Shown: positions 35,621 through 57,970 of the stretch, piece by piece
Numbering within the stretch: the first letter of the stretch is position 1
Layout of the letters: each line of letters starts with the position of its first letter
The notes under the pieces: model-generated
What the model was told of the DNA's origin: nothing
What the model saw: the letters and a program-made list of their open reading frames with translations, nothing else
The model's database searches: none
Program-made: the position numbers and the translations under genes
Assembly (NCBI RefSeq): GCF_009914755.1
Contig: NC_060937.1
DNA from: the human T2T-CHM13v2.0 reference genome, Homo sapiens
Length of the DNA stretch: 64,000 nt
Strand: one strand, 5' to 3'

Positions 35621-37119
35621 GAATTCATTCATTTAATTCATAATTCATTCATTCAATTCATAATTCAGTTCCCCCTGAGAAAAAAATATTCACTTGTCAT
35701 TAAAATCTCTCTGTATCTTACTGATTTCAGATAGAAGTTAAATTTCACCTTAATAATAGAAATAAAAGAACTAGTTAAACTGACAAAAACTAACAAACAT
35801 TTGCTCAAATTTACTGAGAGAGTCATGGGTACTCATATAATAGTAACATTCTACCAGTTTTAAGTAAAATAAATAAGGAAACAATCTTAACTCCATCGCC
35901 TACTGGAAGGGACGTGACCCCGCTCCCAGGTGAGTGGGACCCTGCGCTCTGGGCGGGTTGCGCCGCGGTCTCTGGCACCTCTTGTTGGCAGCGTCGCCTT
36001 TGCAGGCACAGGGCAGGCATTGGGGGGCGGGCAGCGGGCCAGGCCCAGGCTACTCCTTTGCCAGGGGGTTGGGCAGGTGTGGAGAGGGGCGGAGCGGTGC
36101 TGCCCTGGGCGAGGGAGCCTCCCGCTCTGGACGGTTCGCCGCCCCTGCCCCAGGAAGGCGCTGCAGGATCTGGGTGGGGAAGGGGAGGGACGAGGGAACA
36201 CAGTCCAGGCCAGGTGGCCCCTGAGACCTGGATGATGCAGGAGGGGCTGTGGGAGACCAGAGAGGACCCGAAGCAGAAACCGGGAACTGATACGTCTGGC
36301 TCAATATTTGTCCTCTTGCTGAAGTTTGAAAGTCAGTTATTTCATTAAAGTTTAATTTTATTATAAAAATAACAACTATTAAAAATTCCCTGTAGTCACT
36401 GGAGTGATAAATTTTGGTGCAGTTTCAGCATAACACTCTAATTATTCAAATTGCGGCCATGTTTCAAAATATATGCCATATATTTTTATGGCATCCACCC
36501 CTGTGTCCTTGTGTCCCGCATCCGCCTCTGTGTCCCTGCTGGCTCAGGAAACGAGCTTCTTCCTCCTTCCGCAGACTCGAATCAGGCCGTCCTCCCTCCT
36601 GCGCCTGAGGCTGTCATGGGGACAGCCTGCCCTCGAATAGCCGGAGAAAGCCCGGCCTGTGCCCTGTGCTCGGCCTGGTGTCCTGGCTTGTGCCCGAGAG
36701 CCCCGCACGAAGCAGTGTGACAGGTGTGGAAGGACCCAGCACCAGGCAGCGGTGAGCGGATGGATGCTCCAGGGATGTGGGGCTGCTGGCAGTCAAGAAC
36801 CCATTGCCAAATTCCATGGCATAATTTTGGATATTTTTCCCTTATATTTTTGTGTAAGGCTTTCAGACTTACACATTTTGAGTTTTTTAAAAAAATAGTA
36901 TAAACTACAATTCTGACTTCTGTATTTTACATGTTGATAGCAAATCTTCATACCGTTTTTGTGTTAAAGGGGGCTATTCCCTCTCCATAGTTTGGCCTTT
37001 GCACCCTTGTTGAAGTTCATTTTGACCATATATACAAGGTTTTGTGGAGAGAGGGGTCTCTATTATTTTCTATGTCTACACGTCTTGATTTAATACATTT
37101 CTTTTTAGATTTTCTCCTT

Positions 37120-37414
37120 TTTACTTTTTGAGACAGGTTCTTTGTCATCCAGGCTGGGGTTCACTGGTGCGACCATGGCTCACTGCAGCCTTGCTCTCCC
37201 AGGCTTAAAAAATCCTCTCACTTCAGCCTCTGGAATAGCTGAGACTACAGGTTCATGTCACATTGCCAGGTTAATTTTAATTTTAATTTTTTTTTTAGCG
37301 ATAGATGTTCTCACTAGGATGTCCAGTGTGGTTTGAACTCCTGGGTTCAAGCAATCCTCCTACCTCAGCCTCACAAAGTGCTGAGGTTACACGTGTAAGC
37401 CATAGAACCTGGCC
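37120..37414 (-). mobile_element. Alu (J type)
   Basis: gagacagg...ggctcactgcagccttg...gaactcctgggttcaagcaatcctcc...cctggcc. Confidence 0.85.
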
Positions 37415-38145
37415 TCAAAATACCACATTTGAAAAGAGTTCAACAGCACTGCAATTAGTTTTTGATTTAAAAATTGTGAGGGCTCCACAATTGACATTAT
37501 TTTACAAGTTTAATTGGCTATTTTCAATCTTGAGATTTCATATGTTTTAGAATTTTGTATTTCTGCAAGTAAATATTGTTATGATTTATATAGCTATTGC
37601 ATTTAATCTGTTGTTGATTTCATTAGTATAGACTTAACAATATTGTTTTCTAATTTATGAATATGGGATATCTTTTCAATTGTCTAATCTATAAATATAG
37701 AATATCTTCCCCATTGTTTGTGACTTTTCTTCAGCAACATCTTGTAACTTCTAGTATACTAGTCTTACATCTCTTCGCTTGTTTATTCCAAAGTATATTC
37801 TTCTTAATGCTATTTTCAGTGGAATTTTAAAAACTTGGATTGTACCGTGTAATGAAGAGAAATACACTTAATTTTGTATTCTGCAATTTTGCTAAATACA
37901 ACTATTAGTTCTAACAGGTATTGTTTTCAGCGTATAGGATTTTTTTGTATATAACATCATATCATGTAATTTTACTTCTTCCTTTAGAATGTGGATCTTT
38001 TCTTTTTTTTCATTGCCTAGTTGTTTTGCCAGAACTTTCACTGCTATTTTTGAATAGATGTGGCAACAGTGAATATCTTGCCTTATTATTAATCTTAGAG
38101 GATAAACTTTCCACACTTCAGAATTCAGTATAATATTAGTGATGA

Positions 38146-38487
<342 letters not shown>

Positions 38488-38654
38488 TAGCTTTTGCTGT
38501 GTTATTTTCCTTTTATTTCTAGTTTATTGAGTGTTTTTTATCTTGAAAAGATGATTAATACTGTCAGTTGACTTTTCTGCACTATTTGAGATGATTGTGT
38601 GGTTTATATCTTTTACTCTGTTAATATGATATATTAAATTGATTGGTTTATACT

Positions 38655-44790
<6,136 letters not shown>

Positions 44791-46019
44791 AAATAGATTG
44801 ATTTACACGTGTTGAACAATACTTTCATTGGAGAGATAACTCCTTCTTTGTCATGGTGTATAATCCTTGCAATATGTTATTGAATTTGGTCTTCTAATGT
44901 TCCGAGGAGAATTTTTACATCAATAGTCAACAGGAAAATTGATTTGTAGTTGTATTTTTTTTTCTCCTTAGTGTCTTTGTGGGGTTTGGTGTTGTGTTAA
45001 TGCTAGGCTCATAAAATAAGTTGGAAATTGTTTTATCTTTTTCATTTTTCTGAAGTAGTTTAAGAAGAGTTGGTGTTAACCCTGCTTTAACATTTTGAAA
45101 AAAATATGTATTTAATGAAGTGATCCGGGCCTGGGCTTTTTGAGGGGAGGTTGTTGTTACTACTTATATGCCTATTCAGATTTTTTTATGGTTTATTTTT
45201 AGTATAATCTATATTTCTAGACATTTGTCTATTTCTCTTAGCTTATCATATTGTTTGGCATATACTTGGAATTAAACTTTTATAATCTCTTCTTTTCCTA
45301 CTTTTGTGGCATCAGTAGTAATAGCTGCTCTTTTATTTATGAATTTAATTATTTGAAGTATCTTCTTTTTTCTTTTAATCTGTTTGTCGGTTTTCTTAAT
45401 CTTTTCAATAAAACCAAACTTTAATTGATTTTTCCATGGCTTTTAATTGTTATTTATTTATAACTGCTGAAATTCTTATTCTTTACTGATGTTTGGTTAC
45501 ATTTACTAGTTGATTTAGATAGATTTTTTTAAATGCACACATTTACTACTACAATTGAATACAAGCTTTAGATGCATTCAATAATTTTGTTATGTTTTGT
45601 CTCCAGCTATGTTGAAATTTTCACTGTGATTTCTTCTTTAACCCATAATGTTGTTTAGGAGCATGTTACTTGATTTTTATGTATTTGCAAATTTTTAAAT
45701 TTTTCTTCTGGTATTCACTTCTAGTTCCATTCCATTTTAGTTGTAAATGATACTTCGTATGATTTTAATTTTCTTGAATTGATTTCTTTGTGGTCCGATT
45801 TGTGATATAGTCTCAAGCATGTTCCATGTGCGCACCAGAATCATGTGCATTCTGTTGTTGAGAAGACCGTTTCTAAAAGTCTGTTGGATTTGGTTGAATC
45901 ACTCCTTGGTCAATCCTCTGTCTTCATTTGGTCTCCCAGGTTGTCCTCTCCATTATTAAAGTCTCCTATCATTTTGGTGGTGGTCTCTATTCTTCCCTTT
46001 ATTTTTATTTATAATTTTG

Positions 46020-46149
46020 TTTTTTACACAGACGAAGTGTTGCTATGTTGCCCAGGTTAGTCTCAACTCCTGGGCTCAAGCCATCCTCCTGCCTCTGCCC
46101 CTGCCAAGATGCAGGGATTACAAGCAGGTGTGAGCCACTGTACTCAGCC
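46020..46149 (-). mobile_element. Alu left monomer (FLAM-like)
   Basis: ttgctatgttgcccagg...actcctgggctcaagccatcctcctgcctc...gtgagccactgtactcagcc. Confidence 0.75.
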
Positions 46150-47097
46150 TATTTCTCCTTTTAATTCTGTCATTATTTGTGTTATGTGTTTGGAATAGTT
46201 GCTGATTCATGTGCATATTTTAATTATGATATCTTCTTGGAGATTTATTTTTATTATATAATGTCCTTGTTTGTCTTTATGACAGTTTTTTTGCTTAAAG
46301 TCTAATCATCTAATGTAAGTGTGACCCACTTTGTTCTATTTTGGTTGCTATTTAGGATGATTTGGTTACCATATAGAATATAATTTTCCATCTCTGCACT
46401 TTCAGTCCATGTTTATCCTTAAATAAACATAATTTATTTGAGTTTATATTTTTATTTTTATAAACAATTTATAAACAGAATTCATTTGATTTTATATTTT
46501 TATTTTTTCAGTGACCTTGTGTCTGTTATTGAAGAATTTAACATTGTTACATATAAGGTTATTATTTGCAGTTGAGGAGTTACTACTGCCGTTTTGTTAA
46601 TTGTATTGTGTTTCTTTTGTAGTTCTTTTGTTTATTTATTTTATTTCTTGCTGTCTTCTTTTTTCTAATTAATTTTTGTACTAATATGGTTCTATTTCTT
46701 TTTCTTTTGTATACATTCTACATGTATTATCTTTGTGATTACTATATAGATTACATGAAACTTCTCAAAGTTATAACAATCTGGTTTAATCTGATGTTAT
46801 CTCAGTAGCATATAAAAACTCCAGTCTTTTACATGACTGTCTTTCCCAACACACATGTTGTTCTTGATGTCACAAATTAGGCCTTTTTACATGATGTATT
46901 CTTTAACATACATATAAAATATTTTTGTATATTGGTGTCAAATTCTATAAGGGGATTGAAATTACTTACCAACATCACAATAATACAGGATGCTATATTT
47001 CTCTATATATTTGCTTTGCAACAGAGCTTTATAGTATTCCATGGCTTTTTTGGTACTCTCATTTTTTAATCTCAAAGGACTTTCTAGCATTTCTTGA

Positions 47098-49130
<2,033 letters not shown>

Positions 49131-49134
49131 AACA

Positions 49135-52100
49135 AGCAAAACAACTAATAAAAACTCTATACTGCCATTCTTTTCAACTTTTTGTTGTTTCTCTTCATTC
49201 CCTATTTTACAGTCTATGTATTGGAAATAAATACGTTGTAGTTATTATTTTTATTGGTTTATTGTTTACTCTTTCTATTTGAGATTTTTGCACCCCATAA
49301 TTACCATATTATAATATTCAGTGTTTTTCCATGTGCTATTGCTAGTGAGTTCTGTACCTTCAGATGATTTCTTATTGCTCACTAACTTGTTTTCTTTTAG
49401 GTTAAGATATCCCTTTGCATTTCTTGTAGGACAGGTCTGGTGTTAATGAAATCCCTCAGTTTTTGTTTGTTGGAAAAGTTCTTATTTTTCTGTCAAGTTT
49501 AAAGGACGTTTTTGCCAGATACATTATTCTAAAGTAAAAGTCTTTTTTTCCTTCAGTTTTTAATATGTCATGCCATTCTCACAGCCTGTAAATTTTCCCC
49601 TGAAAAGTCTGCTGTCAGATGTATTGGAGTTCCGCTGAATGTTATTTGTTTCTCTTCTCCGATGCTTTTGGAATCATTTCTTTATCCTTAACCTTTGGGA
49701 GTTCAGTTTAGTGCCTTGAGGTGGTCTTCTTTGGGTTAAATCTGCTTTATGTTCTGTAACTTTCTGTTACTCGAATGTTGATATCAAATGTTGAGGAATT
49801 GTTTAATATTATTTAATATTATTTATTTAAATAAATGTTCAACTCATCTCTTTTTCTACCTCCTCTTTAAGGCCAATGACTCTTAGATTTGCTATTTTGA
49901 GGCTATTTTAAAAATTCTATAGGCATGCTTTATTTTTTATTCCTTTTTGTCTCCTCTGACTTTGTATTTTTAAATAGTCTGGCTTCAAGTTCACTACATC
50001 TATCTTCTCCTTGGTCAATTCTTTTAAGTAATTCTGATCCATTCTTCAGTATGACAATAGCATTTTAACCTCAGAATTTCTACTTTATTCTTTTTATTTC
50101 AATCTCATTGTTAAATTTATCTGATAGAATTTTGAATTCCTTCTCTGTGTTATATTGTACATTTCTTTGAATTACCTCAACCAGTTATTTTGGATTTCCT
50201 GTATGAAAAGTCACATATCTTTGTTTTTCCAGGATTTGTCCCTGGTACTTTATTTAGCTTGTTTGGTGAGATCATGTTTTCCTGGATGGCCTTGATACTT
50301 GTAGATATTCATCTGTATCTGGGCATTGAAGAATTCAGTCTTTATTGTAGTCTTCACAGTCTGGGCTTGTTTGTGCCCATTATCTTTGGGAACACTTTCC
50401 AGGTATTCAAAGAAACTTGGGTCCCAAACCCCATAGCACAGTAGTTTATGCAAACACATAGAGGTACTGCCTTGGTGGCCTTGGATTAACATCAAGAAAA
50501 ATTCTCTTGATTTATCAAGTAGAGAAGCTTGTTCTCTTCCCTTACTTTCTCTCAAATCAGCAGTCTCTCTTTCTGTGCTGAGACATGTGGAGCTGGGGTT
50601 GGGGTAACAGAAGAACTCCTGTGGCCACCACCACTGAGACTGTGCTGGTTCACACCTGAAGTAGGCACAGAACTTGGTCTCACCCAAGGCCCACTGCAAC
50701 CACTACTTGGCTACCATATAAGTTTATTCAAAGCCCTAGGACTCTGTGATTAATAGTTGGCAATGCCAGCCAGGTTTGTGTCTCTGCCTATGGGGTTGCA
50801 AGTTCCCCTAGCCATGAGTGGGTCCACAGATGCTACCTGGGAGCCAGAGATTAAAGCATAGAATCTTCAAAATTTAGCTGATCTTCTATTTTATTGTAGC
50901 TAACCTGGCACTTAGGGAATAAGACAAAGTATTTTCTATTCTTCTTTCCCCTCTCTGCAGGCAGAAGAGCTTCTTCTTTGACTGCCAACACTACTGGCCC
51001 ATGGGGGGTTTCCACCAAATCATCATCACTTTCTCACTTAAAGCCCAAGGACTCTTTAGTTAGCTTGTGATAAATTCTGCAATGCCTGGGACTCGACCTT
51101 TGGCCCAGAGCAAATGCAGAAATGCTGACCAAGAAGACCCTAGGCCTGGACTCAGGGACTCTAAGAATCTGCTTGGTGATCTACCCCACTGTGGTTGAGC
51201 TGGTATACCAGGTGCAATGTAGAGTTCCCTTTACTTCCCCCCCTGCCTTTCTCAAACAGAAGTCTTTCACCATAGCTACCACAGCTAGAAATGTACTGGG
51301 TCACACCTGAACTTAGCACTTCTCAGAGCCCAATGCCCATGGTGTATTACCTGGTTCTCACTGTTTTTTATTCTGGGTACGGGGGTTCTTTAGTCAGCAG
51401 GTGATGAATTCTGCCAGGTCTTTACTGACATGGCAGCACTGAGTTTGATGTAAAGTCCTCCAGTCACTGTGCTCTCCCTCTCCCAAATTCACAGGTTTCT
51501 GTGTGTTGTGTGGCTGCTGCTAGGTGGGGGGTGGGGGAGTGGTGTTGTGAGCACTCCTTTAGCTGCTCTGGCTGCTGTCTCAGTAGACCCCATACTCCCC
51601 ACCCTCCACATTCCACTGGCTCCGAGCCAAGCTCAGAATATGACTTGCCTAATAATTGAAGTCCTTGTGGCCTAGGCTGCCCCTTAAGTTCTCTTAGAGT
51701 CCAATAGCACGTCAACTCATGATGGCAAGACTTGTAAAAACTCAAGCTCCCAACACTAGGATGGGAAGTTTTCCTCTTTCTAGGGCCAATACACATGCTC
51801 CTTCCATTGGCAGATGTCAGCTGAGTACAGTCTGGTTCTGCTTTTCACTGTGACAGGGTAGTACTGAGTTTATTGAAAGCCTCCCAAACTATGCGCTCCC
51901 TCTCCCAAACATACTATCTCTGCACAATGTAGCCACTACTGGTGGTTGAAAAAGAGGTGGCATCCATGCTTCTAGACCGTCTTTTATTTTTTTGTCTTCT
52001 CCAACGTCTGTTTCAGTGATATGAAGTTAATACCAGGTACTGTGATTGCTCACCGAATTTTTGGTCCCTTTGACAGTGCTTCTTGAATGTAGTTAGTTGT

Positions 52101-52170
52101 GAAAATTTGGTGTTTTTGTGTGGTGGATGAGAATGTAGGCTTCTATTCTGCCCTCTTACTCTGTCTCTGC
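49135..52170 (-). mobile_element. Old L1 5' region/ORF1, antisense
   Basis: Antisense L1 motifs aaatccctcagtttttgtttg and gaaaagtctgctgtcaga. It resembles the reverse complement of 62557-64000. Confidence 0.7.
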
Positions 52171-52174
52171 CTTA

Positions 52175-53030
52175 AATTTTTTAGATTCAGGGAGTACATT
52201 TGCAGGTTTATTACATGGCTATATTGTGTGATGCTGAGCAATGTGGGATATTATTGATCCCATCACCAAGGTAATGAGCATATATTGTGGGATATAATTG
52301 ATCCCATCACCTAGGCAGTAAGCATAACACCTATGGTTTTTCACCCCCTGCCCTCCTCCTTCCCTCATTCATCTGGTAGTTCTCAGTGTCTATTGTTGTC
52401 ATCTTTATATTCATGAGTAACCCATGTTTAGATCCTACTTATAGGCAAGAACATATGGTATTTGGTTTTCTGTTCCTGTGTTAATTTCCTTATGATAATG
52501 GCCTCCAGATGTATGCATGTTACTGCACAGGACATAATTGTATTCTTTTTAACGTGTGCATAGTGTTTTATGGTGTATATGTGGCACATATTTCTATCCA
52601 ATTTATTGATTCACACATAAGTTAATTCCATGCCTTCCCTATTGTGAATAGCAATATGACGCATATACAAGTGCATGTGGGGTTTTTTTTTGTAGAATTT
52701 TTAATTTTCTTTTGGATATATACTCAGTAATGGAATTGCTGGTTGAATGGCACTTCTGTTTTAAATTCTTTGAAAAATCTCCAAACTGCTTTTCACAGTG
52801 GCTGAACTAATTTACATTCTCACCAACAGTGTATAAGCATTTCATTTTCTCTGAAGTCTAACCAGAATTTGTCATTTTTTTACTGTTTAATAGTAGCCAT
52901 TCTGACTAATATGAGATGGTATTTCACATTGACTTGCATTTCTCTGATGATTAGTGATGTTGGACATTAGGAAAACAACCCCATTAAAACATTGACAAGG
53001 GACATAAGCAGACACTTCTCAAAAGAAGAC
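52175..53030 (-). mobile_element. L1 3' end (old PA/PB), antisense, with a short inverted piece at ~52970-53030
   Basis: gtacatttgcagg...ttggttttctgttcctgtgtt...ttgcatttctctgatgattagtgatg, then sense aacaaccccattaaaa...gacacttctcaaaagaagac. Confidence 0.8.
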
Positions 53031-53362
<332 letters not shown>

Positions 53363-54032
53363 TTAAGCTGCCTTTCCTTTGCAAATACAAAATCAAACCA
53401 TTCGAAAAATCACTTTAATTGTAGGGATTGACAGTATCTTTCCCTTCCCTATCTCCTTTCCTCTTTTGTGATTTTTTTTTTTCTGATCACTATGAATCCA
53501 CTCCACAGAGTAACCTCCTTTCTTAATCTGTGTGAATTGTGGTGATGAGCTAGTCAGCTCTGTTAAAACCACTAACAAAAAAGTTTTAAATTTCCTAGTT
53601 AGTAATACATTTTTAGCATGCCACAAGATACTCTTAGAACAAGGACTTCTGGTCCAGGCATTATGGATTATGATGATTAGTTCTCTGGATTTCTATAAGC
53701 TTTGAAATTATGAGGTAAAAATCTAAAATAAGTCGGACTTCATGCTATTTATACATTTATTGGGTTTGTTAATTATTCCATAGGAAAACAGATGAAAGAC
53801 TTTTGTAGAATTCAATTCTGCTTCACCATACTTAGGGTTACAAGAAGGCAATTATATTGATGTAATTGACAGACTGAATTAACCTCAGTCATCACATGTG
53901 ATTTTTCTAGAGTTTTTTTTAATGGTGCTGACATTCTCTTCAATATGTCCATGCTTAGCTTGGGTTTCTGGGGGACAGATGAGTAGCTAGTGCTACCCAT
54001 CTAAAACATAATGTTCATTAGTTGGAATAATG

Positions 54033-54583
54033 GTGTGATATGATAGTCTTCAAGATGATGCCCTCAATTTCTTTCCTCTCTGCATGCACATGCTGCTGTT
54101 TACATTGACAGGTAGAGTCGAATCTCCCATTTCTTGAATCTGTGCTGGTCACAATGACTTGCTTTTCCAATAGGATGGAGCAGAAGTCGTATTCTAGGAC
54201 CTCCAAGGCTAGGTCCTAAGAAGCTTTGTAGTATTTGCCTGTGTGTCTTGGGACAAACTACCACGTTGTGAGCACTCCAGGTAACATGGAGAGGTCAGAT
54301 AGGCATCACACTCAGCAGCCAATATGCACTGCCAGCCATGTAAGTGACCCATCTAGACTCTTTAGCCTAATTGAGCTTTCAGGTGACTTCAGCAGCAGCC
54401 AACCAACCGCAACTGCAAGAAAGACTCCAAAAGACAACTTTTGTAGTGCCCATCAACCCACAAAACCATGAGAAATAACGTTATTAAAATTACTAAACAA
54501 ATAATAACAATAAACAATATTAAACAATAAATAATTCCTTAAGTTTTGGAATGGCTTACTATTCAGCAAGACATGGCTAGAAC
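54033..54583 (+). mobile_element. Old MLT1-family LTR
   Basis: cttgaatctgtgctgg...tgacttgctttt...aggctaggtc...aagttttggaatgg...agcaa...agaaca pattern. Confidence 0.6.
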
Positions 54584-56346
54584 AAGTACTAAATATTGCA
54601 CAATGCTGAACAAGTATAAGTTTATTTGTATAATATACTTCTATATTTCAAAGCCATTGACATTTCTGGAAAGAGTGCAAAAGTGAGAACTGATTAAATG
54701 GTTCCCAAGAGAAGTTGTCTGTTGTGTCTCAATAGCATCATTTACCAATGGGAGCTGTATTTTGTTTTTGGAAAATATACATTTTAATGTTCATTTTAAA
54801 AAATATACTAACCATTGTTTAGAAAGGCATATGCTATTTTGAAAAAAATTTGAGCAAACCAGAGAAGTGTAAACTTTAAGGCTCTAATCATATTTATTTG
54901 CTATTTAACCCATAAGTCCAAAGTCTGATGACAAATATGTTTATGTAATACTGATATTTGGATAAATAAGTTAAACTAACAGCTTTCTTTTTAAATGATA
55001 GGCTTATAATTGGTATGATGTTGAGATGGCTGCAGTGGATGGGCTCATCACCAGAATAAAATTTTCTCTTTAATAATTTTTTAGAACATTAAGTGAGAAC
55101 CACAGAGTCTAAAACTGGGTTACACAGCAGCAATAAAATCAGAGTGACACTTACTTTGCAGCAGCAGGACTGGAATTCTTGCTGTTGGGGTTGGTGGCAG
55201 CAAACTCAATTATGGGTGTCTCCTGCTTCATGCTTAGATGGTGTGTTGGAACATTTCCTGTTTAGAACTCTCTAACACTTCCTGACTAGAGCTGTTTAAA
55301 ATAGAAACAAACTCCTCTGATTTTGAATTTAGCCTATTTATTGTTACGATTTGTTCATATGTTTCTACTTTTTAGATTGTGGCTTTCTTGTAGACAGAAA
55401 TTATATCTTATACCTCTTTTTCTTCAGCAGCAGTGTGCCTGGCACCTAGTTAAATTGTCAGGTTCATTGAATGAGTAAAGCAAAATTATACTAGACTTAA
55501 ACTATTAACTTTATCAATTTTACTCAGAAAATATATAGCTAAGTGTGACGTATGAATCAATTTACTCACTTATTCAACAAACTTTTTTAAGTGACTACAA
55601 TATGTTATGAGCTAGGAATATGACAGTAAACAAATCTCACCTTGTCTCAAACTTCAGTGTATCCAGGAGTCTCTAGAAGTTTAATTCTTGCTCAATCAGC
55701 AATTCCTTTTCACTGAAGACTTGACAAGAAGGTTTGAGAAGGCAAGAGTGTGTGAACTCAGCAGATGTTTGTGATGCACCTACCTACTGTGTGCCAGAAG
55801 TTGTAGTGTCACAGGCTCTGCCTGTGTCTCCTAGGAAAGGTGAAAACTAAGGACAATATTTTACACAACAAATAATGGCAAGTATGCCATGTGATGGAGA
55901 GGGAAAGCGCTGGCTCCCAAGAGTATAACAGGCACTGAGCCTAGCGTGGGGTCCAGGCGTCTCTGGCATGGTGCCCTCCTAGGTCCTGGTTGTCCCTCCT
56001 CGTTGCTTCTGCTGTCTTCTTCAGTTACATCTGCTTCTCTGCATTTCCTCATTTTACAGTATGTGGAATGCAGTCATCTCTGAACAGGAGTAGGCAACTG
56101 TGCACCTGTTATGCCATGCTTGATGCTCTGCATTGATGTACACTGGGCCCAGGTTTCCCTGGTGGACTGTTTGGGCCATTCTTGTCATCTGGCTCTGAAG
56201 TCTTTGCTCACAGAGGTGCACTTGCCAGATGGGTAAGCCAGAGATCTGGGGTCTCTGATGAGGCCACTCTCACCCTGCTTATATTCCCTGACATACCTAA
56301 CAGATGAAGCTCAGGTGGGCGATGCACCTCAGGCCACAGGGTGGAC

Positions 56347-56879
56347 TGTTGTAACCAAGCGAGTTATAGAAGAACACCACACTTTGAGACAAATTAAGGA
56401 GTCCTTTATTAGCCGGCAACTGAGAGGCAAGTAATGCGGAAAATTCTCTTGGCCCCGAGGAAGGGGCTGGTTTTGTTTTTATACCGTGGTCTAAATAGGG
56501 GAGGGGGGAGTTTAACTGAAACAAGTTTTACAGAAGCAGAGCTGGCAAATAGTTAAAAAATTAATTGGTTACAATAGCAGTTACAAAACAAATAAACAGT
56601 TCCAGGTGCAGGGGCTTAAACTATCACAAAAAGAGAAACGCAGGGGTTTTGCATGACATTCACTGAGTGCGTACCCAGGAGCAGCTGGTGCAGCTTGCCT
56701 CAATATCTTATCAGTAAGTGCATTCCTGGACCTGCTTTGAGTCAGTTTACACTAGTTATACAATTAAGGGTGGGAGGTAAAGGGGGCTGCATGCGAAGAA
56801 AGAAACTAAAATGGAGTCTGTCCGGCTCTCTCTCCACTAGGAGAGTGTCACTCAGGTTAAAACAAGGTAGGGTATCACA
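56347..56879 (-). mobile_element. ERV1 solo LTR, LTR6-like
   Basis: TG...CA termini. The minus strand starts tgtgataccctaccttgttttaacctgagtgac, with TATA-like and AATAAA motifs. 4-bp TSD ggac at 56343-56346 and 56880-56883. Confidence 0.8.
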
Positions 56880-57449
56880 GGACCATGTACAATTCTTCAA
56901 ACTCCAGCTTCAACTCTCTTTCTTATTGCTCTCTTAGGACAGTATATTTAGATCAGAGTAAATGAAAGTAATGTTATTAGGAGATAAGATTAAAATTGAT
57001 CCCATTTGTAAAAAGGGAAGTAGATTATTTGTGAACTGTAATACTTTTTTTTAGTGAAGAATCACCTTAAAACTTGGAACCTGGATACAAGATAATTCCT
57101 TCATTCTGTAAAAGTTTAGTAGCAAACTATATGCCAGGACTGTGCTAGGTACTAGGGATAGATGGTTGAATATATAGTATAAGATGCCTTGGACTGTCAG
57201 ATAGTTTCATATAAATGGCTCATGCAGTATATAGACAGTGTGGTAAAAAGAGACTACTGAGATGCACAGAGGACAGACAATAAAGCGTCTTTGAATGGTA
57301 GATAAATGTGTTTGGGCTTTTCACTCAGGGCTGTTGAAGTTTTTGAAGGTCAGTGGTCTCAGAGTTTTGGTGTTTTCAAGCCCTGCTAAGCACTTTGTTT
57401 CTAGCTGATGATTGGCCACCATTACTGATCATCTATTGGCTCTGTCTGA

Positions 57450-57970
57450 TTCAGCAATCCCACCACTGAGTATTTATGCAAAGGAAAAGAAATCAATGTA
57501 TCAGAAAGATAACTGTACTTGTGTATTTGTTGCAACACTATTCACAGTAGCACAGACATAAAATCAAACTAAATGCCCATCAACAAATGATTGGAGAAAG
57601 AAAATGTAGAAAATATACACAATGAAATACTATTCAGGCATAAAAAACAATAGAATCATAACTTTTGAAGACACATGGATGGAACTGGAGGCCATTGTTG
57701 TAAGTGAAGCAAGCCAGACACAGAGTAAACATCGTATTTTATCACTCATAAGCGGGTGCTAAAAGACGTGTAGATATTGACGTAGAGAGTGGAATGATAA
57801 TGGAGACTCAGCAGGGTGAGAGGATGGAAGGGGTGAATAGTGAGAAATTACTTAATGGGTACAATGTGCATTATTCTGGTGATGGATACCTAAAAGCCCT
57901 GACTTCACCACTATGCCATCCATGCTTACAGCAAAATTGCACTTGGAACCCATAAATTTATACAAAAAAA
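57450..57970 (+). mobile_element. L1 3' end (PB/MA-age)
   Basis: cagcaatcccaccactgag...acatggatggaactggaggccatt...ccctgacttcaccactatg. Confidence 0.8.

Noticed and set aside
52242-52330. ~44-bp diverged tandem duplication
   Set aside because: A small old slippage event inside an L1 3'UTR, with no sign of function.
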